Assembly: GCA_049324875.1 (NCBI GenBank)
Contig: JBMONC010000063.1
Coordinates: 5,012 to 69,011, forward strand
Direction of reading: 5' to 3'
DNA: 64,000 bases
Source of the DNA: Bacillota bacterium
GTDB lineage: Bacteria > Bacillota > Sulfobacillia > Symbiobacteriales > Symbiobacteriaceae
This document shows, piece after piece, positions 16,495-24,123 of this stretch (within the stretch, counting starts at the first letter, position 1; each line of letters begins with the position of its first letter). The notes under the pieces were generated by a model. It was given only the letters and a program-made list of their open reading frames with translations. It had not been told where the DNA came from and did not search any database. Position numbers and translations under genes: made by a program.

Positions 16495-16630
16495 CGGACT
16501 CCTTCCGGGGCTGTCATGCTCGGAGCAAGAACTTTCCTGAACATAATAGACTTGGCCCCCGGTTACATCAAGGATTTCGATTATTAGTGTAGAATAAGTG
16601 ATGTATGTCGACCAAGGGAGGGCATTTCTT

Positions 16631-17965
16631 ATGAAGCGCGCCTGGGTCCTGCTCCCGATCATGCTTCTGCTCCTGGCCAGCATGGGCGCCTCGCTGACCC
16701 AGGCGGCCACCGGGACCGGGGAGCCGGCCGCCAGGGCTCCCCTCGCGGTGAACGAGGAGGAGCTGCCGTCGATCGCCATCTCCCTCGATGGGGTGGAGCT
16801 GGAGGGCTTCGCCCTGGTCAGGCCGCTCGCGGTGAGGCTGCCGCTGGTGGAGGCGACCTGCAGCCCGGACGGGATTTGCACCGGGGATCTGCAGCTTGCC
16901 ATCGATGACCTGGACGCTGCGGCCGGCAGCCTGACCGACAAGGCCCGTCACGACACGGCCAAGAATGCGATCGGGAACATCCGGGCGCTGGCGGCCGAGT
17001 TGAACGGGGTCCTGGAGGTGCCCGAGGCCGACCCGGAGGGGTCGATGGAGCGGCTTTACGCGCCGGGGCAGCCGACCTATGGCAACATCACCCTGGAGCG
17101 GGCGCTGACGGGGGACACCTCCCTGCACGGCTGGTTCAACGAGACCTCCAAGGGCCAGAACATCCGCAAGTCGATCTCGATCATCATGCGTGATCGGAAC
17201 CGCAATGAGACGGCCCGCTACAACCTGTTCGAGTGCTGGCCGGTCCAGTGGAGGGTCAGCTCCCGGGACGGCCACCTGGTGGAGGAGATCACCTTTGTGG
17301 CGGAGCGGCTCGAGCGGGCGGCGGGCAGCGCGGACGGCGGCGGCGGGAGGCCTTCGGCTGTGACCGCCCTGCTGGAGGCGGACGGGAAGCCGCTGGGCAG
17401 CTTCGAGCTGGGCGGCCCGGTCGGCGGGCGGATCCGGTGGGGCGACGGCGACTGCGACGACACCGACTCCTGCACCGTCGACGGGGTGGACGATGACTGC
17501 GATGGGGTTATGGAGTGCGCCCCGGACCGCCCGGTCACCTGCGGCGACGGCGCCTGCGTCGCTCCGGTGCTGGCGGCGCTGGATGCGCTCGAGGAGCAGG
17601 TGGCGGGGATCGGGGACCGGGCGAAGCACGACATCGCCATGAACGCCATCCGGAACATGAAGGCGCGGATGGCCGAGGTGGAGAGCAACCTGGAGGGCGC
17701 CCGTCGGCCGGGGCGGACGAAGTACGCGAACATCGTCCTGAAGCGGGGGCTGAGCGGCGATGCCAGAGCAGCCCAGTGGATGAGCTTCGCCGCAGCGGGA
17801 GAGCCGTGGAAGCGGAACCTGACCATGCGGCTCCTGGGGCAGGACGGCAAGGAGATCACCCGGTTCGACATGGGGGGCGGTCCGGTCCTGTACAGCCTGG
17901 CTCCCGGCGAGGACGGGCTGATCGAGACGCTGGAGGTCCGGGTGGACCGCATTGAGATGAAGTAA
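16631..17965 (+). CDS. Secreted protein with two tandem gp19/Afp1-like tail-tube modules and Cys-rich acidic insertions
   Basis: ATG 16631 (AAGGGAGGG 10 nt upstream). Sec signal MKRAWVLLPIMLLLLASMGASLTQA. Each of the two modules ends in a tube-family-like block: YGNITLERALTGDTSLHGWFNE..RKSISIIMRD...WPVQW...LVEEITFVAERLE and YANIVLKRGLSGDARAAQWM...KRNLTMRLLG...LIETLEVRVDRIE. Each also has an inserted helix (DKARHDTAKNAIGNIRA / DRAKHDIAMNAIRNMKA). There is an acidic Cys-rich stretch GDGDCDDTDSCTVDGVDDDCDG. Confidence 0.5.
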   Translation: MKRAWVLLPIMLLLLASMGASLTQAATGTGEPAARAPLAVNEEELPSIAISLDGVELEGFALVRPLAVRLPLVEATCSPDGICTGDLQLAIDDLDAAAGSLTDKARHDTAKNAIGNIRALAAELNGVLEVPEADPEGSMERLYAPGQPTYGNITLERALTGDTSLHGWFNETSKGQNIRKSISIIMRDRNRNETARYNLFECWPVQWRVSSRDGHLVEEITFVAERLERAAGSADGGGGRPSAVTALLEADGKPLGSFELGGPVGGRIRWGDGDCDDTDSCTVDGVDDDCDGVMECAPDRPVTCGDGACVAPVLAALDALEEQVAGIGDRAKHDIAMNAIRNMKARMAEVESNLEGARRPGRTKYANIVLKRGLSGDARAAQWMSFAAAGEPWKRNLTMRLLGQDGKEITRFDMGGGPVLYSLAPGEDGLIETLEVRVDRIEMK

Positions 17966-17969
17966 CGCA

Positions 17970-18003
17970 AGACCCCACCATCCGCAGTCGGGTGGTGGGG
18001 TCT
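17970..18003. terminator. Strong hairpin between convergent genes (tube-like gene and lipoprotein gene)
   Basis: 14-bp stem AGACCCCACCATCC / GGGTGGTGGGGTCT (one G:T pair) with a 6-nt loop, starting 5 nt after the stop at 17965. No clear U-run. Confidence 0.65.
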
Positions 18004-18103
18004 CGCCTGTTCATGTCGCCCATCGGGATGGAACATTGTGCCACCGCTCAGGTCCGCATCAAGACGGAGAAGGTCCTGGCCCGGTTATTGGCGGCCCATC
18101 GGG

Positions 18104-18712
18104 TCACCGCCTGCAGTGGATGCGGGTGATCTTCCAGCGGTCGCCGGTGCGGATCAGGTAGACCTCCATCTCCGACCAGCGCTTCTCCCCGTCCCAGGGG
18201 CCGTGGTAGGCCATCAGGGCGGCCTCGGTGCCGACGATGTCCGCCGGACCGACGATCACCCCGTCGGCGATGTTCTGGGCGCAGAGGAAGAGGTCGAGGC
18301 CGGGCTGGTGGGTCTCCCGCCACTCCTTCAGCTTGGCCTCGACCGTGGCGATCCAGCCGGGGTGGAGGTCGTCGGCGTTCCGGTAGGTCCCATCGGCGAT
18401 CGGGCTGCCCTGGGTCTTGCTCTGGTTCATGTACCAGTCGAAAAACCCCTGGGCCAGGGCTTCCGGGGTGCCGGGCAGCCACTGCTGCCGGACCACCGGC
18501 TCCAGGGGCTTGGGGACGGGTGCGGGGACGGGCTGGGTTGTGCTCGGCTGGGCTGTGATGGGCTGGGCCATGCCGGGCTCGGTCCTGGCAGGGGCCTGGG
18601 CCTGGGTCTGGGGCGGCCCCCCGGGCGGCGGGGGCGAGGCCGTCCGGCCGCACCCGGCCAGGAGCACCGCCACAGCCAACAGAGTGGCCAGGAGCTTTGC
18701 GGAGGGGGTCAT
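18104..18712 (-). CDS. Lipoprotein of unknown function
   Basis: Lipobox MTPSAKLLATLLAVAVLLAG|C, a Pro/Gln/Ala-rich linker, then a ~130-aa globular C-terminal domain (FFDWYMNQSK...LFLCAQNIADG...). It lies directly downstream of the contractile-tail locus. Confidence 0.7.
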   Translation of the reverse strand: MTPSAKLLATLLAVAVLLAGCGRTASPPPPGGPPQTQAQAPARTEPGMAQPITAQPSTTQPVPAPVPKPLEPVVRQQWLPGTPEALAQGFFDWYMNQSKTQGSPIADGTYRNADDLHPGWIATVEAKLKEWRETHQPGLDLFLCAQNIADGVIVGPADIVGTEAALMAYHGPWDGEKRWSEMEVYLIRTGDRWKITRIHCRR

Positions 18713-18862
18713 GGTTCATTACGCCTGCCTTATCCAAGATTTCCGTGGGGTTCACCCTCCTCAACGGCTGGTCCGGCGGAAGGATGCGGACCATCTGCTT
18801 AAAACTTTCTGATGTTGGACATGTATCACTTGTATGGAGCGGTCTCCACCTGCGGAAAAGGC

Positions 18863-18924
18863 GAGATCTGTGAGCTTTTTCCGACCAGCAGATGTGGTCT
18901 GCCGGGTAAAAACTCACAGATCTC
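18863..18924. repeat. Palindromic extragenic element, copy 1 (~62 nt)
   Basis: GAGATCTGTGAGCTTTTT - 26 nt - TAAAAACTCACAGATCTC: 12 perfect bp plus an A/T extension. On the minus strand it is followed by GCCTTTTCC. A homologous copy lies 137 nt away. Confidence 0.7.
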
Positions 18925-18999
18925 CTGGTGGAGTGCCTGTATTGGGCCTGGAGGTAGGTATTTGGGCTGATTTTGGCGGCTAGATGGCGAATGGCCGGG

Positions 19000-19061
19000 G
19001 CGATCTGTGAGCTTTTACTCGCCTGTTACTCGGTCTTCCGGGGAAAAATCTCACAGATCTC
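19000..19061. repeat. Palindromic extragenic element, copy 2 (~62 nt), overlapping the stop of the last tail-locus gene
   Basis: GCGATCTGTGAGCTTTTAC - loop - GAAAAATCTCACAGATCTC. The loop shares GGTCT(G/T)CCGGG with copy 1. The TGA stop of ORF 19060..20841 lies inside the right arm. Confidence 0.7.
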
Positions 19062-20841
19062 ATGCGCCGTGGCCCACTATCGGCTTGTACAGGGAGAGTT
19101 GGGCGGTCAGGGAGGCCCTGATAGCCGAGGTGAAGGTGACAACCAGCTTCTCATCGGAGGGCCGCGGAACCGGAAGGCCGGGGGTCTGCAGCGAGATCCG
19201 GTCCGGGGCTGGGAGCGGGAGGGCTTGGGGTGGCTGGGTTCCCAGGGCGTAGACCACCAGCTCGGCCCGCTCGGCCGGCAGGGGCTCCAGCTCCAGGTCG
19301 ATCAGCCAGAGGGCCGCCTCCCGGTTGAAGGCCTGGAGCTCCCAGCTCCCGGTCCGGTCCAGGTTGCGGGCCAGGGCCGCCCCGGCCCCCGCGCCGGCCG
19401 GGATCCGCAAGGCGCCCTCGGGCGGGACTCCCAGGCTCCGGTGGGCCAGGAGGCTCCCGCCCTCCCGGCCGGCGGCCACGACGAAGAGCGGGCGGGTCGC
19501 CTGGGCACCGTCCAGCTCCACCGGCTTCTCCAGGGCGGCCCGGAACCAGAAGCCGCCGCCGGCGGCCACGTAGGCGCCCGCATCGGCGGGGAGGGTGAGC
19601 TCGGCCTGGGCCAGGGGCTGGTCCGACGGAAAGGGAGGCTCGCCCGAGGCCTCGGCCAGCCGGATCTCCAGCCGCTCCTCCGCCCGGGGAAGGCCGGGGA
19701 GCATCAGCCAGACCGCCAGCAGCCGGCGCTTCTCGGCCGGGGCCTCACCGGCGGCCAGCCGGACGGCCTGCGCCACCTCCAGCCGCTCGGTGGCGCGCAC
19801 CGAGAAGGTCGGGTTGCCGGGGGCCAGCTCCAGCCGCCGTCCGCCCTCGATCCGGCCGGCGATCCGGAGCGAGGCGCTCGCCTCGGGCGCCTCGCCGAAG
19901 GGCCAGGGCAGCTCCAGCACGGCAGGGTTGAGGGAGTCCAGGGCGAGGCTCTGCTCGGGGCCGGCGTAGGAGCGGCCCCAGGCCCCGTCCAGGTCGACCT
20001 GGACGACGCCATCGGTCAGGGAGGTGATGCGGAGCTGCACCTCGGCCTCCCCGCCGCTGCTCCCGCGCCGCCAGGCGGCGTTGATCTGGCCGGTCAGGTC
20101 CCGGGAGGTGGCGGTTCCTTCCAGCGCCATCTCGGCGGGGAAGAGCTGGGCCGGGGTGTCATCGCCCAGGGCCAGCGCCACCCGGGAGGGCAGGCTGGGG
20201 GAGCTGAGCAGGATCTCGGCATCCTCATCCTCCAGCTTTACCTGGACCGCCTGGGTGAGCACCGCCTGCTCGTGGTAGCCGGAGTAGAGGTACTTCCCCC
20301 GGCCCCCGCGGAACCGGTTCAGGTGGAGGGGCTGCACATAGGTCCGGTAGTCGCCCTCCTTGTACCGGACCTCCACATCAGCGGCGGAGCGGGCCGTGCG
20401 GACCCCCACCGCCTCGATCCGGGCCGGGGCGGCCAGCAGGATCTCCTGCCAGGCCGGGTCGGCGCCGGAGACGGCCCGGGAGGAGCCCCACTCGGGCCGG
20501 GCCAGGTTCCGGATGAGGGAGCGGGCGGTCAGCCGGATCACAAAGGCGTGGAAGAGCAGGTCAGCCGGCCCCTGCAGCCGCACCGTGGAGGGGATGTTGG
20601 CCCGCAGGAGCAGGCTCGCCACACGGGTTTGGGGCTGGTCCAGCCGCAGCACGGCGGTGGAGGCCGGCGGGGCGGCCGGCTCCCACCACCAGCCGGCCCG
20701 GTAGTACTGGTAGATCTGCTCCACGTCCATGCCCGCCTCGATCTCGCCGGGGCGGATCTGCCGGATGCCCCGGCCCATCTCGGCCTCGTAGGCCTGCCCA
20801 CGGCCGGAGGCGGCCTTCCCATCGCCTGGGTGGATCAGCAC
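19060..20841 (-). CDS. Tail-locus distal protein, unknown function (593 aa)
   Basis: GTG 20841 with GGGAGGTGA ~9 nt upstream, 6 nt after the upstream stop. High GC3, no motif I recognise. It is the last gene of the co-directional cluster. Confidence 0.55.
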   Translation of the reverse strand: MLIHPGDGKAASGRGQAYEAEMGRGIRQIRPGEIEAGMDVEQIYQYYRAGWWWEPAAPPASTAVLRLDQPQTRVASLLLRANIPSTVRLQGPADLLFHAFVIRLTARSLIRNLARPEWGSSRAVSGADPAWQEILLAAPARIEAVGVRTARSAADVEVRYKEGDYRTYVQPLHLNRFRGGRGKYLYSGYHEQAVLTQAVQVKLEDEDAEILLSSPSLPSRVALALGDDTPAQLFPAEMALEGTATSRDLTGQINAAWRRGSSGGEAEVQLRITSLTDGVVQVDLDGAWGRSYAGPEQSLALDSLNPAVLELPWPFGEAPEASASLRIAGRIEGGRRLELAPGNPTFSVRATERLEVAQAVRLAAGEAPAEKRRLLAVWLMLPGLPRAEERLEIRLAEASGEPPFPSDQPLAQAELTLPADAGAYVAAGGGFWFRAALEKPVELDGAQATRPLFVVAAGREGGSLLAHRSLGVPPEGALRIPAGAGAGAALARNLDRTGSWELQAFNREAALWLIDLELEPLPAERAELVVYALGTQPPQALPLPAPDRISLQTPGLPVPRPSDEKLVVTFTSAIRASLTAQLSLYKPIVGHGA

Positions 20842-20847
20842 CTTCCC

Positions 20848-21978
20848 TCACCTCCCGCGGATCAGCAGCGCGCCCAGGGCGACCTGCTCCCGCCGCTCCG
20901 GCCGGAGGGCGGTGGCGACCGGCAGCGCCAGCATGGCCACCTGGGCGTGGATCTCGGGGGAGAGGATCAGCCGCGCCAGCACCTCCGACTCCTCCGGCGT
21001 GGGCGCCAGCAGGGCGCGGGCGGGCAGAGCAAAGGCGACCGGGTCCTGCCGGTAGAGCGGGGTCAGCTCCAGGGCGGTCTGCCGCGCCAGGGCGATGCTG
21101 GTCAGCTGCCCCAGGCGGCTCTCCTCGGCGGGGCCGGCCGTGCGCAGCTCGGCCGCGATCGCCGCGACCCGCGCCGGGCCCAGCCGGCCCAGATCGCCCA
21201 GGGTGGTGACCGCCAGCTCCCCCAGCTCGGCGATCACCGGTTCGCTCAGTCCATCGAACCAGCTGAGGGAGAGCGCCTCGGCCGGGGCGTAGACCGAGGA
21301 GGCCGCCACCTTCAGCGGCTTGTTTCGGACGGTCAGCTCGCCGCCGATCCGGAGGATCCGCCCGCCCTCCAGCGCCGCCGGGCTCAGCCGGAACTGGCAG
21401 GAGGCGGTCAGGGGGATCTCCCACTGCCGGTGGTTCTCCGGGTTCTCCCGGATCAGGGTCACCTCGCCCACCTCCCAGGCGGTCCAGGCCAGGGAGGCCT
21501 TGCGGGCGGCGTGGGCGGCGGTGGCGGCCCCGGCGGGCCGCGCCCCGATCTCCAGCTCAACCAGGGGGAGCACCGGGCCGTCGGCGGCGGGGCCGGGCTG
21601 CTCCTTCAGCAGCGCCAGCAGGGTGAGGGCGGCCACATCCACCCGGTGAAGCTCGCTGCCGGGCGGGGTCACCTCCAGGCTGCCCCCGGGGTAGGGGCCC
21701 GCCTGGCCCAGGAGCCGGAGGGCGACCAGGGCCTTCAGGTGGAGCCATCCCCCGTCCGGGGCGGGGCGGGGGCCCAGGTCCCGGTCCTCCGGCTGGGGCC
21801 TGAGCGACTGGACCTGAACCAGGGCGGCCACCTCGGTCGCCCCCAGGGGCGGCCCCGGCGGCAAGGTGAGCTGCCCGGGCACCGCCCGCACGTGGCCGAA
21901 GAGGTCGCTCTCGGCCGAGAGCGCCTGGATCTGCCGCTGGGCCCAGGCTGCCAGATGGGCCTCCATGGCCAGAATCAT
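20848..21978 (-). CDS. Tail-locus distal protein, unknown function (376 aa)
   Basis: ATG 21978 overlaps the upstream stop (ATGA, 21975-21978), implying translational coupling. No recognisable motif. Confidence 0.55.
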   Translation of the reverse strand: MILAMEAHLAAWAQRQIQALSAESDLFGHVRAVPGQLTLPPGPPLGATEVAALVQVQSLRPQPEDRDLGPRPAPDGGWLHLKALVALRLLGQAGPYPGGSLEVTPPGSELHRVDVAALTLLALLKEQPGPAADGPVLPLVELEIGARPAGAATAAHAARKASLAWTAWEVGEVTLIRENPENHRQWEIPLTASCQFRLSPAALEGGRILRIGGELTVRNKPLKVAASSVYAPAEALSLSWFDGLSEPVIAELGELAVTTLGDLGRLGPARVAAIAAELRTAGPAEESRLGQLTSIALARQTALELTPLYRQDPVAFALPARALLAPTPEESEVLARLILSPEIHAQVAMLALPVATALRPERREQVALGALLIRGR

Positions 21979-23612
21979 GACGCGACCAGCTCCCCGTGGA
22001 TGGCGATGCTGAAGGAGAGTTTGTTGACCAGGTCGCTCCCCCGGAAGAAGAGCAGGTCGACGTACTCAGCCCGGCGGTGGAGCACCTGGGGGATCAGCGG
22101 CGGCTGCGCCTCCTCCTCCTCGAAGAGGTAGTCGGGGGTGATGCTGACGGTGTACGAGGTGTCGGTGTAGGGGGTGGCGAAGCGCACCCGGACGAACTCC
22201 CGCCCCCGGTGGCGCATCCGGATCACCGACCGGATGTTCCGGCTGCCGCCGGTCCAGTAGCCGGCGGCCAGCAGGTGCGGGTTGTTGAGGAAGTCGTAGA
22301 TCTTGGGGATCTTCAGCAGGTAGTCGGGATGGAGCCGCTCGTCGTTCTCGATGCCGAAGTGGTAGAGGATCCGGCTGAGGACCAGCAGCTCTTCCTTGCT
22401 GGGGTTCTTGTGGGGGCTGAAGGTGACCGGCTGGCCGCTGTCGCTGAAGACGGCGTTGCCGCCCACGCCGGGCTGGTAGAGGGCGGTCCCCTCCCGGGCG
22501 CCCTTCCAGCCGATGCTGGCCGGGTCGACCAGCATCCCGATCCGGTGCCGCTCCTGCAGGTCGTCCGACGGGTGGGGGTTCAGGAAGAGTGAAGGGTCGA
22601 AGGGCAGCCGGTGGATGGGGGTGGTGCCGATGGGCTCCAGGATGATGGGGGCGGTCCGGATCGGCTGCCTGCGGATGGGGGCCGTCCGGATCGGCTCGGC
22701 GTAGATGGGCGCCGTCCGGATGGGGGCGGCCCGCTCAAAGGCCCCGATCAGGTTGAAGCTCTCGGTGCGCAGGGGGTTGTTCAGACGGGTCAGGTCGGCC
22801 CCGGCTGCGCCCAGCCGGCCCAGCAGCTCCTTCATCTCGGCGTCGGCCAGGCTCAGCCGCTCCCCGGAGGCCAGGGTCACCCCCCAGTGGCTCCCCTCGG
22901 AGCGGACCTCGGCCACCGCCCCGCCCAGCACCTCCCGGACCACCGGCTCGTTCTGCTTGAAGAAGCCGGCCAGGGAGACGGCCATCTCGGCCCGGGTGGC
23001 CAGGTCCAGGTTGGGGATGATCGGCCGGACGGCGTCGGGCGGCAGGATGGAGCGGATCGGCTGCCAGCCGCCGTCATCCCGCAGGCGGCGGATGGGCAGG
23101 TCGTGGACCCGCACCGGCGCCGCCTCGTCCAGGAGCCAGTCGAACCAGGGCCGGTCCGGGGTGGGATAGGCGATCAGCCCGTCCAGCCAGGTGCAGTAGC
23201 CGTAGGTGGTCGCCCCCTCCCGGGGCGCGTTCAGCAGGGCGAGCACCTCGTCGGCCAGCTTGGCCAGGGTGACCGCCTTCTCCTTGATCTGGGGCGTCCC
23301 CACCGCTTCATCAACCAGATGATTGCTGCCGATGCACTTCTCCTGGATCTCGCTGGCGCCCACCGCCCCGTTGTGGATGTCCCCCTTGGCCACGGCGTTG
23401 GGGCTGATGTGCTGGCCCCGCACGGCGTTGGGGGCGAGCCCCTGCCAGTCGATGGGCACCCCCCGGGGCGAGGCCTGATCGTTGCCGGTGTGGTCATGGG
23501 TCAGGAGCAGCAGGAGCAGCTCCTTCTGCATGGCGTTCAGCTCTTCAGCGGTCAGTGGCTGTCCGGGTTTGAAGGTGACCGGGATCCTGGCCCCGCCCGG
23601 AAGATCGCTCAT
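21975..23612 (-). CDS. Putative tail-fibre / receptor-binding-like protein (545 aa) with internal decapeptide repeats
   Basis: ATG 23612 with AAGGAGG 8 nt upstream, preferred over the track start 23672, which overlaps the upstream gene. The N-terminal region has phased I/V..NAV/GAV repeats (ISPNAVAKGDIHNGAVGASEIQEKCIGSNHLVDEAVGTPQIKEKAVTLAKLADEV), as seen in fibre shafts. Four repeats of xxPIRTAPIx. The assignment rests on position after gpJ/gpI only. Confidence 0.4.
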   Translation of the reverse strand: MSDLPGGARIPVTFKPGQPLTAEELNAMQKELLLLLLTHDHTGNDQASPRGVPIDWQGLAPNAVRGQHISPNAVAKGDIHNGAVGASEIQEKCIGSNHLVDEAVGTPQIKEKAVTLAKLADEVLALLNAPREGATTYGYCTWLDGLIAYPTPDRPWFDWLLDEAAPVRVHDLPIRRLRDDGGWQPIRSILPPDAVRPIIPNLDLATRAEMAVSLAGFFKQNEPVVREVLGGAVAEVRSEGSHWGVTLASGERLSLADAEMKELLGRLGAAGADLTRLNNPLRTESFNLIGAFERAAPIRTAPIYAEPIRTAPIRRQPIRTAPIILEPIGTTPIHRLPFDPSLFLNPHPSDDLQERHRIGMLVDPASIGWKGAREGTALYQPGVGGNAVFSDSGQPVTFSPHKNPSKEELLVLSRILYHFGIENDERLHPDYLLKIPKIYDFLNNPHLLAAGYWTGGSRNIRSVIRMRHRGREFVRVRFATPYTDTSYTVSITPDYLFEEEEAQPPLIPQVLHRRAEYVDLLFFRGSDLVNKLSFSIAIHGELVAS

Positions 23613-23646
23613 ACCCCATCCTCCTTCTTCGCCTCGGGAGGCTGTG

Positions 23647-24120
23647 CTACGCCCCCTGCGGGGCGAAGGCAAGCGTCCAGGTCAGGGTCAGGACCTCCTT
23701 GGCCCGCACGGTCTGGTGCGGCTTGACCAGGGCGCGGTTGTAGAGGGTGGTCACCTGGCTCTCGCCCAGGGTGCAGGTCAGCATCAGCCCGGCCTCCTTG
23801 ATCAGCCGCTCCCGCTCAGCGGGGGGGAAGGAGGCCCGGAGGGTGACCACGCCCTCCTTCACCCTCACCTCCGTGACCGGGACCGGCTCCAGGCCGTCGG
23901 GGTCGTAGAGCTTGGTCAGGTCGGGGACGGTCGGCTCGGCAGAGACCCCGGCGGCGATGGCGAAGCTGGGGCCGGTGGCCGCCCCGCTGAGCAGCTGGGC
24001 CACCATCTGCCGCCCCCCGTCGACCACCGTGTTCCTCCCCTCCGACCGCACCACCGTGCCGTCGGATCGGGTCACCTCCAGCCGGACAACTCCGTGGATG
24101 GCCAGCGATTCATGCCCCAT
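23647..24120 (-). CDS. Small tail-locus protein, unknown function (157 aa)
   Basis: ATG 24120 with GAGGAGGAG 7 nt upstream, 3 nt after the upstream stop. Beta-rich sequence (HGVVRLEVTRSDGTVVRSEGRNTVVDGG...). No family assigned. Confidence 0.55.
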   Translation of the reverse strand: MGHESLAIHGVVRLEVTRSDGTVVRSEGRNTVVDGGRQMVAQLLSGAATGPSFAIAAGVSAEPTVPDLTKLYDPDGLEPVPVTEVRVKEGVVTLRASFPPAERERLIKEAGLMLTCTLGESQVTTLYNRALVKPHQTVRAKEVLTLTWTLAFAPQGA

Positions 24121-24123
24121 GGG

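Noticed and set aside
16429-16941. N-terminal 171-codon extension of the ROK ORF (15250..16941)
   Set aside because: The extension runs through the AT-rich divergent intergenic region and into the start of the opposite-strand gene. It has no SD and an implausible sequence. ATG 16428 has a good SD and gives a standard wHTH-ROK protein.
18863-19061. Diversity-generating retroelement (VR/IMH hairpin at the 3' end of a fibre-like target gene)
   Set aside because: There is no reverse transcriptase gene and no template repeat matching the 3' end of any tail-locus gene in the window. The elements are simple palindromes outside the coding region.
22614-22733. Possible CRISPR array (regular 30-bp repeats here, 33-bp repeats at about 31614-31745)
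   Set aside because: The repeats are directly tandem with no spacers, are in-frame inside coding sequence, and encode peptide repeats. No cas genes are present in the window.
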